Assembly: GCA_049967035.1 (NCBI GenBank)
Contig: JBMFTM010000002.1
Span: 1-34,937, forward strand
Source: Candidatus Acidifodinimicrobium sp.
Lineage (GTDB): Archaea; Nanobdellota; Nanobdellia; Parvarchaeales; Parvarchaeaceae
DNA length: 34,937 nt
Direction: 5' to 3'
Shown: positions 18,057-26,304 of the stretch, piece after piece
Layout of the letters: each line of letters begins with the position of its first letter
Numbering within the stretch: the stretch's first letter is position 1
Position numbers and translations under genes: made by a program
The notes under the pieces: generated by a model
Databases searched by the model: none
The model's input: only the letters and a program-made list of their open reading frames with translations
What the model was told of the DNA's origin: nothing

Positions 18057-19301
18057 GGTCATGCTAGCTGGGCTATAAGATCTCCTGATGTTCCTGAACG
18101 CGATGAATGATCCGAGCATTATGATTATAGCTATAGAGAACGTTAAGTAATAGTTGAACACCTGTGAAAGCACACCAGAGAAAAATGAGCTCACAACCGT
18201 GGACAGAGAAAGTATTGAGAACCAAATTCCTATGTAATGGCCCCTGCTCAGTTTGTTTATTTGATTGTACATCATTACAGACGAAGCCACATTAAACATC
18301 GCATATGCTATGCCGCTGAACAGGTAGGCGACCACATTCGTGTAGAAGAAAAGGAAAGACGTGAATATGAATGGGACAAAGGCAAGGAAGTAAGACGCAC
18401 CTCTTAGAAGGGTCGACACCTCATAGTAAGCTGCCAAATTGAATCTCCTTGTGAAGTACATAAACAGGGTATAGACTACAAGCTGCCCGATGTAATTTGC
18501 TATGTTGATCACAAATATCCCAGCAAAATCCACCCCTCTATCGTTTAGAAATGGTATGTATGATGTGTTGAAAAGAGCAAGCCCTGCATCGAACAAGGCC
18601 ATGGTCAGGAGTAGAAGGTACACTCTCCTCACGCTTTTTATCTTTATAGCGCTTCTAATCCTCTCTATCAATGCGTATCCTGTAAGTATGTGAGGCGTCG
18701 TGCTCAGCGCATTCAGAAGCGAAAAGCTCTTTTTTATAGCCGCTGCCTGTTTGATTCTGTGGGTCTTATCTTTCTCTATCAGCTTAAGTGCGAGTATCAA
18801 TGCGATGACGTTCAGAATCAGAAGCATTATCAAATATTCAGATATGTTTTGCCTGTCCAGCAATATGCCTGGCACTAGCGCGATGAAACCACCGAGGATG
18901 GAGAGCACACTGTACTCGCTGAAGTATCTTGGAAGCGACTGGCTCCGGTTTCTCTTCATTATTAGGATATTTATTGCAGGCGACGCGGCCGTTGCTATGA
19001 ATGAATACACGCCATACGATGCTTCTATGCTCGGTATGAAGGCCACGAAGTAAAGTATCAAAAGTATCGGTATAGTTCCTACTATGGACACAACGATTAT
19101 CAGTTTGTTTCTCTTGATCCTGTCTGTGAAGTCCCCCCAGAATAAGGATGCGGGTATGCCCACTAAGTTGAAGATAGTCAGTGCCACGCCCACATCGAAT
19201 ACGTCCCCTTTCAAAGCCAATATGTAGAGCGGGATCAGCACAGCCAGCCCGTTTGAAATTGCCGATATAGGCAATATTGTGTAAAGCCAATTCCTTTTCA
19301 T
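18045..19301 (-). CDS. MFS transporter
   Basis: 418 aa, about 12 TM helices, with the MFS loop motif GDFTDRIKRNK after TM2. The 3' end overlaps the DUF106 gene convergently by 12 nt. Confidence 0.8.
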   Translation of the reverse strand: MKRNWLYTILPISAISNGLAVLIPLYILALKGDVFDVGVALTIFNLVGIPASLFWGDFTDRIKRNKLIIVVSIVGTIPILLILYFVAFIPSIEASYGVYSFIATAASPAINILIMKRNRSQSLPRYFSEYSVLSILGGFIALVPGILLDRQNISEYLIMLLILNVIALILALKLIEKDKTHRIKQAAAIKKSFSLLNALSTTPHILTGYALIERIRSAIKIKSVRRVYLLLLTMALFDAGLALFNTSYIPFLNDRGVDFAGIFVINIANYIGQLVVYTLFMYFTRRFNLAAYYEVSTLLRGASYFLAFVPFIFTSFLFFYTNVVAYLFSGIAYAMFNVASSVMMYNQINKLSRGHYIGIWFSILSLSTVVSSFFSGVLSQVFNYYLTFSIAIIIMLGSFIAFRNIRRSYSPASMTSVD

Positions 19302-19404
19302 TTGAACTCTAATGTAACTGCCTTTTTTATTCTTTTTGAATCTGATTTTTCAGGTTGTCCTTGCCGATTTTAGATTATAATATATCTGCTGTTTAGATAA
19401 CGAT

Positions 19405-19854
19405 ATGTATCTGGACATAAAGTACGAGAAGAGCAAAGTACCATGGAAGGACTTCGAGAATAAGGTTGCTGATATCTTCGAATCATTTAATTACAAAGTC
19501 CTTAGGAACATCAACTTCAAGACCGGCAGGAGGTACCAGATAGACTTGATAGCTTTTGACAAAAGCAGAGTATTCTGTGTCGACTGCAAATTCCACAAGT
19601 ATATCTCCCCCTCGATAGAGAACTATTTCACCTTAAAGCAAATCGAGAGGATGAGAGAATACCTCAGGATAGACATCAAAAACTTTGTAGGCAAGAGGAT
19701 ATTCTTCCTTCTGGTCACCAGGTATGCCAATGGGCAGTCAATATCAAACTTTCCAGGTGGCAGAATCCTCTCGGTTAGCGAAGGAAGCCTCAATGACCTT
19801 CTAAACAGGATAGAGCTGTATGAGGAGAATCTTCTCTCATTCAAATTCTACTAG
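19405..19854 (+). CDS. PD-(D/E)xK nuclease-fold protein (Mrr_cat / restriction-endonuclease-like)
   Basis: 149 aa. FENKVADIFESFNYKV (E), YQIDLIAF (D) and FCVDCKFHK (D-x-K), in the order and spacing of the Mrr catalytic core. Confidence 0.55.
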   Translation: MYLDIKYEKSKVPWKDFENKVADIFESFNYKVLRNINFKTGRRYQIDLIAFDKSRVFCVDCKFHKYISPSIENYFTLKQIERMREYLRIDIKNFVGKRIFFLLVTRYANGQSISNFPGGRILSVSEGSLNDLLNRIELYEENLLSFKFY

Positions 19855-19890
19855 AATTATTTAGTCTTTCGTGGCCGGCTTTTGAAAGGA

Positions 19891-20631
19891 TCATTCGGTT
19901 CTATTGGCCAGTATGAACTGCAAAGTGGCCCCGTCTTTGATTGTGTACTCCAACTTTATAGGATAGTTGTTTGAGAAGGACATCTTCATCTCCCTGTCCG
20001 GGTCGAATATATTAATCATCTTCTGGAGGTAATCAACAGAGTACTTCGCCTTAGTGAGCCCTTCACTCTTGATGTTGAAAATCTCTTTATTTGAATTCAT
20101 AGAAAACGACTGAAGGAACTCCTTGTCAACGTTCTTTGCGCTCATGCTGAATTTATCCTCGTCTATCACGAAATACATTGAATCGTCCACTGTAGAAGCC
20201 ATCTTCACACCGTTTTTTACTATTGAGCTGAGCAGTGTGATCTCTGCGGTCATCTTTAGCTGTGGGACCTTCTGTGCGGTGTAGTCTTCATCTATCAGCG
20301 GCACGGTAAACTCTATCTCATTTCTGTCCTTGATTATTATCTGCATCCTGCCCTTCAGGTCTTTAAGCACTACTTTGCTTCCCTCCTTTGCGAATCGAAG
20401 TATTGAGTTTAAGTCATAAAGCGATACAGAAAGCTTCACGCTCTTGTCAACATCGTAAGAAGAGAAGGTTTCCTTTTTTGCGTTGAATATGACCATCGCT
20501 ATGTTTGGCGGGTCCATCGCCTTTATTTCAAGCCCCTCTGGCAAGAAGTCCAATGAGACATCCGACATGAGGCTGCCGACGGCCGACATGACATCCCTGA
20601 ACATGCCTACGTCACTTATCTCAACTTCCAT
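19891..20631 (-). CDS. pcn: DNA polymerase sliding clamp (PCNA)
   Basis: 246 aa with the two-domain PCNA pattern (LDFLPEGLEIKAMDPPNIAMV...YSVDYLQKM...PIKLEY). Confidence 0.9.
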   Translation of the reverse strand: MEVEISDVGMFRDVMSAVGSLMSDVSLDFLPEGLEIKAMDPPNIAMVIFNAKKETFSSYDVDKSVKLSVSLYDLNSILRFAKEGSKVVLKDLKGRMQIIIKDRNEIEFTVPLIDEDYTAQKVPQLKMTAEITLLSSIVKNGVKMASTVDDSMYFVIDEDKFSMSAKNVDKEFLQSFSMNSNKEIFNIKSEGLTKAKYSVDYLQKMINIFDPDREMKMSFSNNYPIKLEYTIKDGATLQFILANRTE

Positions 20632-20968
20632 GTTCTAATAATTCTCGCCTTATCTTTAAATACTTATTGAAATTATTTAGGTCATTTTCATTTATTTTTT
20701 GGATATCATCAATCCTAAGCTCAACGCTTCCATCGCTCTTAACCGCCTTTCCTGTTATAAGAACAAGGTCTGAAACGCTTGGTTTCTCCTTCATGTCCGG
20801 GGATGGCATGCACACTAACTTGCTGCCCTTTTCTCCCTCGATTATGAATATCCCTATATCGTCCACGTTGACTATCTTTCCCGTGGTTCTGACCCTTGCC
20901 TCTCCAATTGAGCTTATCTCATCGATCCTACAGTCCACTATCGTTCCAAACTTTTCCATGTCATCCAT
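20621..20968 (-). CDS. Small OB-fold-like protein (RPA14/Stn1-like topology), function unknown
   Basis: 115 aa. VRTTGKIVNVDD...IFIIEG...LVLITGKAVKSDGSVELRIDDIQKI then a C-terminal helix. Overlaps the PCNA start by 11 nt. The fold assignment is by eye only. Confidence 0.4.
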   Translation of the reverse strand: MDDMEKFGTIVDCRIDEISSIGEARVRTTGKIVNVDDIGIFIIEGEKGSKLVCMPSPDMKEKPSVSDLVLITGKAVKSDGSVELRIDDIQKINENDLNNFNKYLKIRRELLEHGS

Positions 20969-21395
20969 CCACCGTGACTTTGACCGGGAGGTTCACGTCT
21001 CTCACGCAGCTGCCGTACCTAGCTGATATCTCTAGATTCAGCTGGTAGACCCCGGCCGCTTGAGGACTTACCAAATACTGAAAGTAAGCTTCCTTGCCAG
21101 GAAGCACCGTGAATGGCGGTGGCGATTTCACCGCTATCCCAGTGCTGTTCCTTGTTTCCACGTACAAGCTGACGTTCTCAGGCAGATCTGCGGTGTTTTT
21201 GATATAAACCACCTCAAAGTTGCTTTCATTTGAGATGTTCATGCTGAAGTCATTGACTTGCCCGTAGTAGCTGAAAGTCAAATTGCTGCAGTTGAGAGGC
21301 TGGTAACCACTGAAGTTTTCGAAGGCGTAGAACACTAGGTACAATGCGACAATTATTACAGCCACAATAATTCCCTCTCTCAAAATTAGGTTCAT
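20961..21395 (-). CDS. Membrane-anchored, sequon-rich beta-sandwich-like protein
   Basis: 144 aa. N-terminal TM helix, seven NxS/T sequons, two Cys, beta-rich remainder. Overlaps the downstream OB-fold gene by 8 nt. Confidence 0.5.
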   Translation of the reverse strand: MNLILREGIIVAVIIVALYLVFYAFENFSGYQPLNCSNLTFSYYGQVNDFSMNISNESNFEVVYIKNTADLPENVSLYVETRNSTGIAVKSPPPFTVLPGKEAYFQYLVSPQAAGVYQLNLEISARYGSCVRDVNLPVKVTVDG

Positions 21396-21464
21396 ATTCT
21401 ATTTAGAATATCTATCAAATATTTAAGTTTGATCTATATCTTAAAATTGATGAGATAATATAAT

Positions 21465-22145
21465 ATGGAATTAGGCGTTCTTTTCACAGGAGGCAAGGAT
21501 TCGACTTACTCATTGTACCTTGCGTCGAAGGAAAACACAGTTAGATGCTTGATAAACATAACCTCGAGCAACCCGGACTCATACATGTTCCATACAGTCG
21601 CTTCTAGTCTTGTAGAGCTTCAGTCCGAGGCTTTAGGGCTGCCTCTAATAAGAGCAAGCACAGAGGCGATAAAGGAGAAGGAACTGGATGACTTAGAATC
21701 AGCGATCAAGTCCGCAAAGGATGAGTATGGCATAGGCGGCATAGTCACAGGTGCGATAGAGAGTAAATATCAATCTGACAGAGTGAGTGCCATAGCCGGG
21801 CGGCTTGGTCTGAAAGTCATCAATCCGCTATGGCACACAGATGTGCGTCAGTACATGCATAAGCTGATAGATGATGGATTTAAGGTCGTTATAGTGTCTG
21901 TCTCTGCCGATGGGCTTACTGAAGACATGCTTGGAAAAGAGATAGACAGCGAAGTATTAGGTAAATTGGAAAAACTGAGTGAAGAGTACCATTTTCACCT
22001 AGCATTTGAGGGCGGAGAAGCAGAAACAGCGGTTTTAGATGCCCCAATATTCAAAAGGGGCATAGTATTGGACAGCTATTCCATCAAGTCTGAGGGAACG
22101 AAGAGTTTCCTAGTGATTGACAGGGCTCATTTAGTCAACAAGTAG
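21465..22145 (+). CDS. dph6: Diphthine-ammonia ligase (diphthamide synthase, MJ0570-type PP-loop ATPase)
   Basis: 226 aa. PP-loop LFTGGKDS, plus GAIESKYQSDRV and EGGEAET blocks. Confidence 0.85.
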   Translation: MELGVLFTGGKDSTYSLYLASKENTVRCLINITSSNPDSYMFHTVASSLVELQSEALGLPLIRASTEAIKEKELDDLESAIKSAKDEYGIGGIVTGAIESKYQSDRVSAIAGRLGLKVINPLWHTDVRQYMHKLIDDGFKVVIVSVSADGLTEDMLGKEIDSEVLGKLEKLSEEYHFHLAFEGGEAETAVLDAPIFKRGIVLDSYSIKSEGTKSFLVIDRAHLVNK

Positions 22146-22723
22146 CCAAGCCCGGATTTTTTGAGTATCTTCTTTAGGTTCCTACGAAGCTGGGCCTCAT
22201 TTCCCTCGTTCTTAAGCGTAAAATCCGAAAGTTTTTTGGTTTCATCAAGTTTGAAAATTTTCCTCTCGGCTTTGTCTTGCTTCAGGAATTCTGAGAAGTT
22301 CTTCGGCGCATCTTCCCTTTTCCTCTCTCTGATCCTGTTGTACCTGACCCTCGCTGAACACACTATCGATATGTTCTTGAAGTTTCCGTCTAATTTCTCC
22401 CTGAAAAACCTTAAATCACCTGGCGTTCTTATCCCAGACACCACCAATAGTTTTTTCCCGGATTCCTTCGCTCGTCTATAAACCATCTTCATCAAGAAGT
22501 ACTCACCATACTTCTTCCTGTAAAGGATTGGTATTTTTTGCTCATTTTCCCTTGTGATCGGTATGCCTTTCCTCTTCATTATCTCCCTCACAATGTCACC
22601 AGGCGTTACCTTATAGAATCCATACTCATTCACGAGCAGGTCAGCAATGTAATCTTTTCCGCCGCCTGGCAGTGCGCTGAGCCCCAAAACTATCATCTTA
22701 TCCATGAGATTAGTACATAGCAC
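22127..22723 (-). CDS. P-loop nucleotide/nucleoside kinase-like protein (UPF0200 / dephospho-CoA-kinase-like) with atypical Walker A
   Basis: 198 aa. IVLGLSALPGGGKDYIADLL...GDIVREIMKRKG. The Walker A reads ALPGGGKD, with Asp where Ser/Thr is canonical. The likely start is an internal Met (MDKMIVLG). Confidence 0.6.
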   Translation of the reverse strand: MLCTNLMDKMIVLGLSALPGGGKDYIADLLVNEYGFYKVTPGDIVREIMKRKGIPITRENEQKIPILYRKKYGEYFLMKMVYRRAKESGKKLLVVSGIRTPGDLRFFREKLDGNFKNISIVCSARVRYNRIRERKREDAPKNFSEFLKQDKAERKIFKLDETKKLSDFTLKNEGNEAQLRRNLKKILKKSGLGYLLTK

Positions 22724-22736
22724 TCAAATTAATCTC

Positions 22737-24644
22737 TTACTTTAGTCGGAGAGCGTCAAGCACTCTGGGTGCAACTGTGTCTATCCTGTCCCGGCCCCTT
22801 ATGAATTTCAAAAGCGATATTATCTTGCTCTCTTCGCCGTGATCAAGCACTATCCTCCTTGGTTTCGGCCTTATCTCTGACACATATCTCTCTAGCTCCC
22901 TTCTGTCTGAGTGGCCTGAAAAGCCCTCTATAGAATAAATCGAAGCGTTAACGTGGAATCTTCTGAGCGATCCATTGAATTCTATGTCAACTTCCTTGTC
23001 ACCGTTCTGCAGCTTTCTCCCAAGGGTCCCAGCGCCTTGGTAAGATACAAGCACAACCGAGTTGTGCTCATCTTCGCATAGGTTAGCAAAGTAATAAACC
23101 GATGGCCCTCCGTTCATCATGCCAGATGTCGCCAGTATTATGGCAGGACCCTCGGAAAGCACTTTCTTCCTCTCCTCCTCGCTGACCACATGTTTGAAGA
23201 TAGGCGAAAGGAACGGGTTGCTGTTGTACTCAATTATCCTCCTCTTTGTCTCAGAGTTCATGTATTCTGGGTAGACCGTGTATATCGCAGTCACATCCCA
23301 CAGCATCCCGTCGACTATGACATTAACATTTTGAAGCATGTCGTACCGCACCCACTCTTCTATCATCAGCATCAGCTCTTGCGCCCTTCCTACGCCGAGC
23401 ACAGGTACAAGCACCTTCCCCTTCTTGCTCACGGTTTTCTTCACTATGTCAAAGAAGAACTGCTCCGCTTCTTCTCTTGATGGCTGCGTGTCATTGTCTC
23501 CGCCGTAAGTGCTCTCCATTATCAGTGTCTCGACCCTGTCAAATTGATTTTCAGCCCTATTCAGTGTCTTCGACTTGTTGTACTTGAAATCTCCGGTGTA
23601 TAGCAAGTTGTGGAAGCCGTTGCCTATGTTTAGGTGAATCATTGCCGAGCCGAGTATGTGGCCTGCGTTGTGGAGAGTCAACCTAATATCTGGCGTGATA
23701 TCAGTCACCTCATCGTAAGACAGCCCGATTGAGTACTTCAGCATCTCTTTTATGTCGTCTATGCCGAACAGAGCCTTCTCATTGGTCTTGTTGCTCAGAT
23801 TCAGATAGTCAAGATGCAGCAAAGTCATGACATCCCTTGTTGGGAAGGTCGAGTATACAGGCCCTTTGTACCCATACTTGTAAAGGACGGGAAGGAACCC
23901 GCAGTGATCAAGATGGCTGTGTGTCACTACAACCGCATCAAGCTTTGAAAGATCCATCTCCGGCGCGTCTATCCTTGGAAACGGCTCCCTCGTGTTGCTC
24001 ACGTCTATCCCGACGTCTAAGAGCACTCTGCTTATAGGGGTCTGCACAAGCAAGGCCGACCTGCCTACCTGTCTGAATCCGCCAAGGGCAGTGAACCTAA
24101 CCCAATAATTCTCATCCACATTGTACTTAGAATAGTATATCTTTTCACCTATCGAATTCAGGAGCGTTCTCCTGAATTTTGAGTTGTTATACATCATCCC
24201 GCGTACAGCTCTTACTATATCTGATTTTATGATGGGTGACCTAGCCAGCTGTATCGACCATCCGGTCTTCTCCTTTATCTTGTCTATTATCCCATTTCCT
24301 CTTTTGTTTATTATCTCCAACCTTGTGGCTTCCAGCGTCATTAGACTCCTGTCCCTGTCAAACCAAACCTCTCTCAGGTCCGCTTCCTCAGGTACTATGC
24401 TTCTAACGTCCTTTTCAGTCTCTTTTTCATCCTGCAGGAGCGATGGATCAAGCCTGACTTCCACCCTCTTTTTTATCGTGTTCACCACGTTCTTTATGAT
24501 ATTTATGTTGTCAAGAAAGAAGTTTCTGTTCCTGGTGTAAACTATTATGTTTGATACTTCGAAGTTCATGTCCTCTATGAGTGACTTATCTCCGATTAAG
24601 TCCGTTATGTCCTTCTTTATGTCTCCCATTTGTTCTCCGCTCAA
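22737..24644 (-). CDS. fttA: aCPSF1 / FttA: KH-domain beta-CASP metallo-beta-lactamase ribonuclease (transcription termination factor)
   Basis: 635 aa. N-terminal KH repeats, HSHLDHCG zinc motif, beta-CASP region, C-terminal GHSD...HGE. Confidence 0.93.
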   Translation of the reverse strand: MSGEQMGDIKKDITDLIGDKSLIEDMNFEVSNIIVYTRNRNFFLDNINIIKNVVNTIKKRVEVRLDPSLLQDEKETEKDVRSIVPEEADLREVWFDRDRSLMTLEATRLEIINKRGNGIIDKIKEKTGWSIQLARSPIIKSDIVRAVRGMMYNNSKFRRTLLNSIGEKIYYSKYNVDENYWVRFTALGGFRQVGRSALLVQTPISRVLLDVGIDVSNTREPFPRIDAPEMDLSKLDAVVVTHSHLDHCGFLPVLYKYGYKGPVYSTFPTRDVMTLLHLDYLNLSNKTNEKALFGIDDIKEMLKYSIGLSYDEVTDITPDIRLTLHNAGHILGSAMIHLNIGNGFHNLLYTGDFKYNKSKTLNRAENQFDRVETLIMESTYGGDNDTQPSREEAEQFFFDIVKKTVSKKGKVLVPVLGVGRAQELMLMIEEWVRYDMLQNVNVIVDGMLWDVTAIYTVYPEYMNSETKRRIIEYNSNPFLSPIFKHVVSEEERKKVLSEGPAIILATSGMMNGGPSVYYFANLCEDEHNSVVLVSYQGAGTLGRKLQNGDKEVDIEFNGSLRRFHVNASIYSIEGFSGHSDRRELERYVSEIRPKPRRIVLDHGEESKIISLLKFIRGRDRIDTVAPRVLDALRLK

Positions 24645-24664
24645 AAGTTATAAGAACCAGCAGC

Positions 24665-25285
24665 TTACTGACTGACTATTTTATTTATCTCTTCATCTGT
24701 GAGTTTTCTGTAGCCTTTCTTGTCTATAACGGCTATGTCAACACCCTCGCCCGTGTACACATCTCTCGCGATGGAAGCCTTGACTGCCTTGTTTGCCAAC
24801 TTGACCGCTTCTTCCAGTGTCATGTTGTCCTTGTACTCAGCCTCTAGCACGCCAAGAGCAAACACACCGCCGCTTCCAGTGACAGTGTATTTATCAAGCG
24901 TATAGGAGCCTACCTCATCTACAGCGTAAAGCTCCTGCTTCGTGTCGTATCCGCCGACGATGAATTCGGTGTAGAATATGTTCAATGAGAGCCTATTATT
25001 GAAAAGTATCGAGCTCAACAGGCCAACTGCAGCCCTTGTTGTCATCTCCTCCCCTGCTCTTATATTGTGAAGCTGGATCTCCGCCTGCATTACTTTGACC
25101 AGCGTTTGGAGGTCTGCGACCAGACCGGCGGTTGTTATTCCTATCTTTTCGCTAAGTGGAAGAACCTTCTCAGCGTTCTTATGTGCAACTATGTGGTCCG
25201 CTGACATCCTCCTATCGGCCGCCAGTATGACCCCATCCTTGTATATCAAACCTATTGTGGTTGTTCCCGTTTCCTTTGCTGCCAT
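24665..25285 (-). CDS. psmB: Proteasome subunit beta
   Basis: 206 aa. Short propeptide MAAKETG followed by the catalytic TTTIGLIYKDGVILAADRR. Confidence 0.93.
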   Translation of the reverse strand: MAAKETGTTTIGLIYKDGVILAADRRMSADHIVAHKNAEKVLPLSEKIGITTAGLVADLQTLVKVMQAEIQLHNIRAGEEMTTRAAVGLLSSILFNNRLSLNIFYTEFIVGGYDTKQELYAVDEVGSYTLDKYTVTGSGGVFALGVLEAEYKDNMTLEEAVKLANKAVKASIARDVYTGEGVDIAVIDKKGYRKLTDEEINKIVSQ

Positions 25286-25332
25286 AAATCTTTTTCAGAA
25301 CTTTATATCATATTTATGGTGTTTTTTAAGTA

Positions 25333-25364
25333 TAAAAAGCTTTTTAATTCGGATTTGTCAAATC
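25333..25364. promoter_or_regulatory. Divergent psmB / RHH-gene promoter region: 14-bp perfect palindromic TATA-like element plus a 6-1-6 palindrome
   Basis: TAAAAAGCTTTTTA at 25333-25346 is a perfect palindrome and can serve as a TATA element in either direction. GATTTG-t-CAAATC at 25352-25364 lies about where a + strand TSS would fall, roughly 25 nt after the TATA. Confidence 0.35.
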
Positions 25365-25411
25365 TGTTTCCATAGCTTTTATATACTTCCACCTTCAATA
25401 TATAACATAAC

Positions 25412-26233
25412 ATGAAAGCGCGAGTGTCGTTCACGGTCGATCCCGAAATAATAGACAAGTTGGATTCTTTGGTTGACAATATCTCATACAGATCAAAAAG
25501 CGAGGCAGTGGAGAGCATACTCAAAAAATACTTCGAATCTCAAAAGAGCGCGGTTATTCTATGTGGCGGGGACCTCATCATAGAGGGGACCAATCTGTAC
25601 AGCCCGCTCGTCAAGCTAGGGTCAGAGACTATCATCGAGAAGATAATAGGACAGGTGAAAAAAGGCGGCTTTAGAAATATCATCATATCCGGCAAATCCG
25701 AGATCTTAAAGGGCGCCTTTACGCTTCTCAAGAACGGCGAGGGCTTCGGCGTGAATATCAAGTATTTTGATGACAATGAGGTGATAGGCGACGCGAAGGC
25801 ATTGGAAAAGCTGAGAGATTATATAACCTCCACTACGCTCTTCGTGCCGGGCGACTCGGTTTTCTCCATAGACCTGAAGGATATGCTGAGCTTCCATGAC
25901 TCTCACAGCAGCACTGCCTCAATAGCCGTGCTGAACACAACATCAGAAGAGTACGAGACAAATGCGTTGATCACGATAAGGGGAAACAAGATAACGAACT
26001 ATAAGAAGATAGAGACTAAAATAAAGAGCAAGCTGGTGCCCACATCCATCATGCTGTTTGAGCCGTCCCTGCTGCGTTATATCCCGCCAGGCAACATGAA
26101 CTGGAGGATACATGGCGATCTCCTCCCCATACTTGCGAAGGAGGAGTCTCTTTCAGCTTATCTTAGCAATGGCAGCTGGATCAAAATACGCTCGTTCAAA
26201 GACCTGGAGAGAGCGAGGAGTCTGCTGTCTTGA
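25412..26233 (+). CDS. Ribbon-helix-helix (CopG-like) domain fused to a sugar-nucleotidyltransferase-like domain with a degenerate nucleotide-binding loop
   Basis: 273 aa. N-terminal KARVSFTVDPEIIDKLDSLV...SKSEAVESILKKY matches a beta-alpha-alpha RHH domain. Residues from about 47 onward follow the PF00483 layout (AVILCGG..., ISGK, GDAKAL, LFVPGDSVFSIDL, FHDSH), but the canonical GGxGTRL loop reads GGDLIIEGTNLYS. Confidence 0.6.
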   Translation: MKARVSFTVDPEIIDKLDSLVDNISYRSKSEAVESILKKYFESQKSAVILCGGDLIIEGTNLYSPLVKLGSETIIEKIIGQVKKGGFRNIIISGKSEILKGAFTLLKNGEGFGVNIKYFDDNEVIGDAKALEKLRDYITSTTLFVPGDSVFSIDLKDMLSFHDSHSSTASIAVLNTTSEEYETNALITIRGNKITNYKKIETKIKSKLVPTSIMLFEPSLLRYIPPGNMNWRIHGDLLPILAKEESLSAYLSNGSWIKIRSFKDLERARSLLS

Positions 26234-26248
26234 AACTACATAGACCTC

Positions 26249-26282
26249 ATGAAATTCAACTATAAATAGTACCTAATTTCAT
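26249..26282. promoter_or_regulatory. 8-bp perfect inverted repeat bracketing the TATA box of the AAA+ ATPase gene (candidate operator)
   Basis: ATGAAATT (26249-26256) and AATTTCAT (26275-26282) are separated by 18 nt that contain TATAAATA (26261-26268). The ATG of the downstream gene is at 26305. Confidence 0.4.
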
Positions 26283-26304
26283 ATAGTTTTTGTCGGTGTG
26301 GATT

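Noticed and set aside
25282-25319. The 8-bp inverted repeat CCATAAAT/ATTTATGG, which would sequester the psmB start codon in an mRNA hairpin.
   Set aside because: The likely psmB TATA is the palindrome at 25333-25346, which predicts a TSS near 25310. The upstream arm (25312-25319) may therefore not be transcribed. In AT-rich sequence this pairing may also arise by chance. It is kept only as a note.
26290-26304. The TTG start for the AAA+ ATPase in the ORF track.
   Set aside because: The ATG at 26305 is in frame 5 codons downstream. It also fits better with the TATA box at 26261-26268, since the TTG would leave almost no room for a transcription start.
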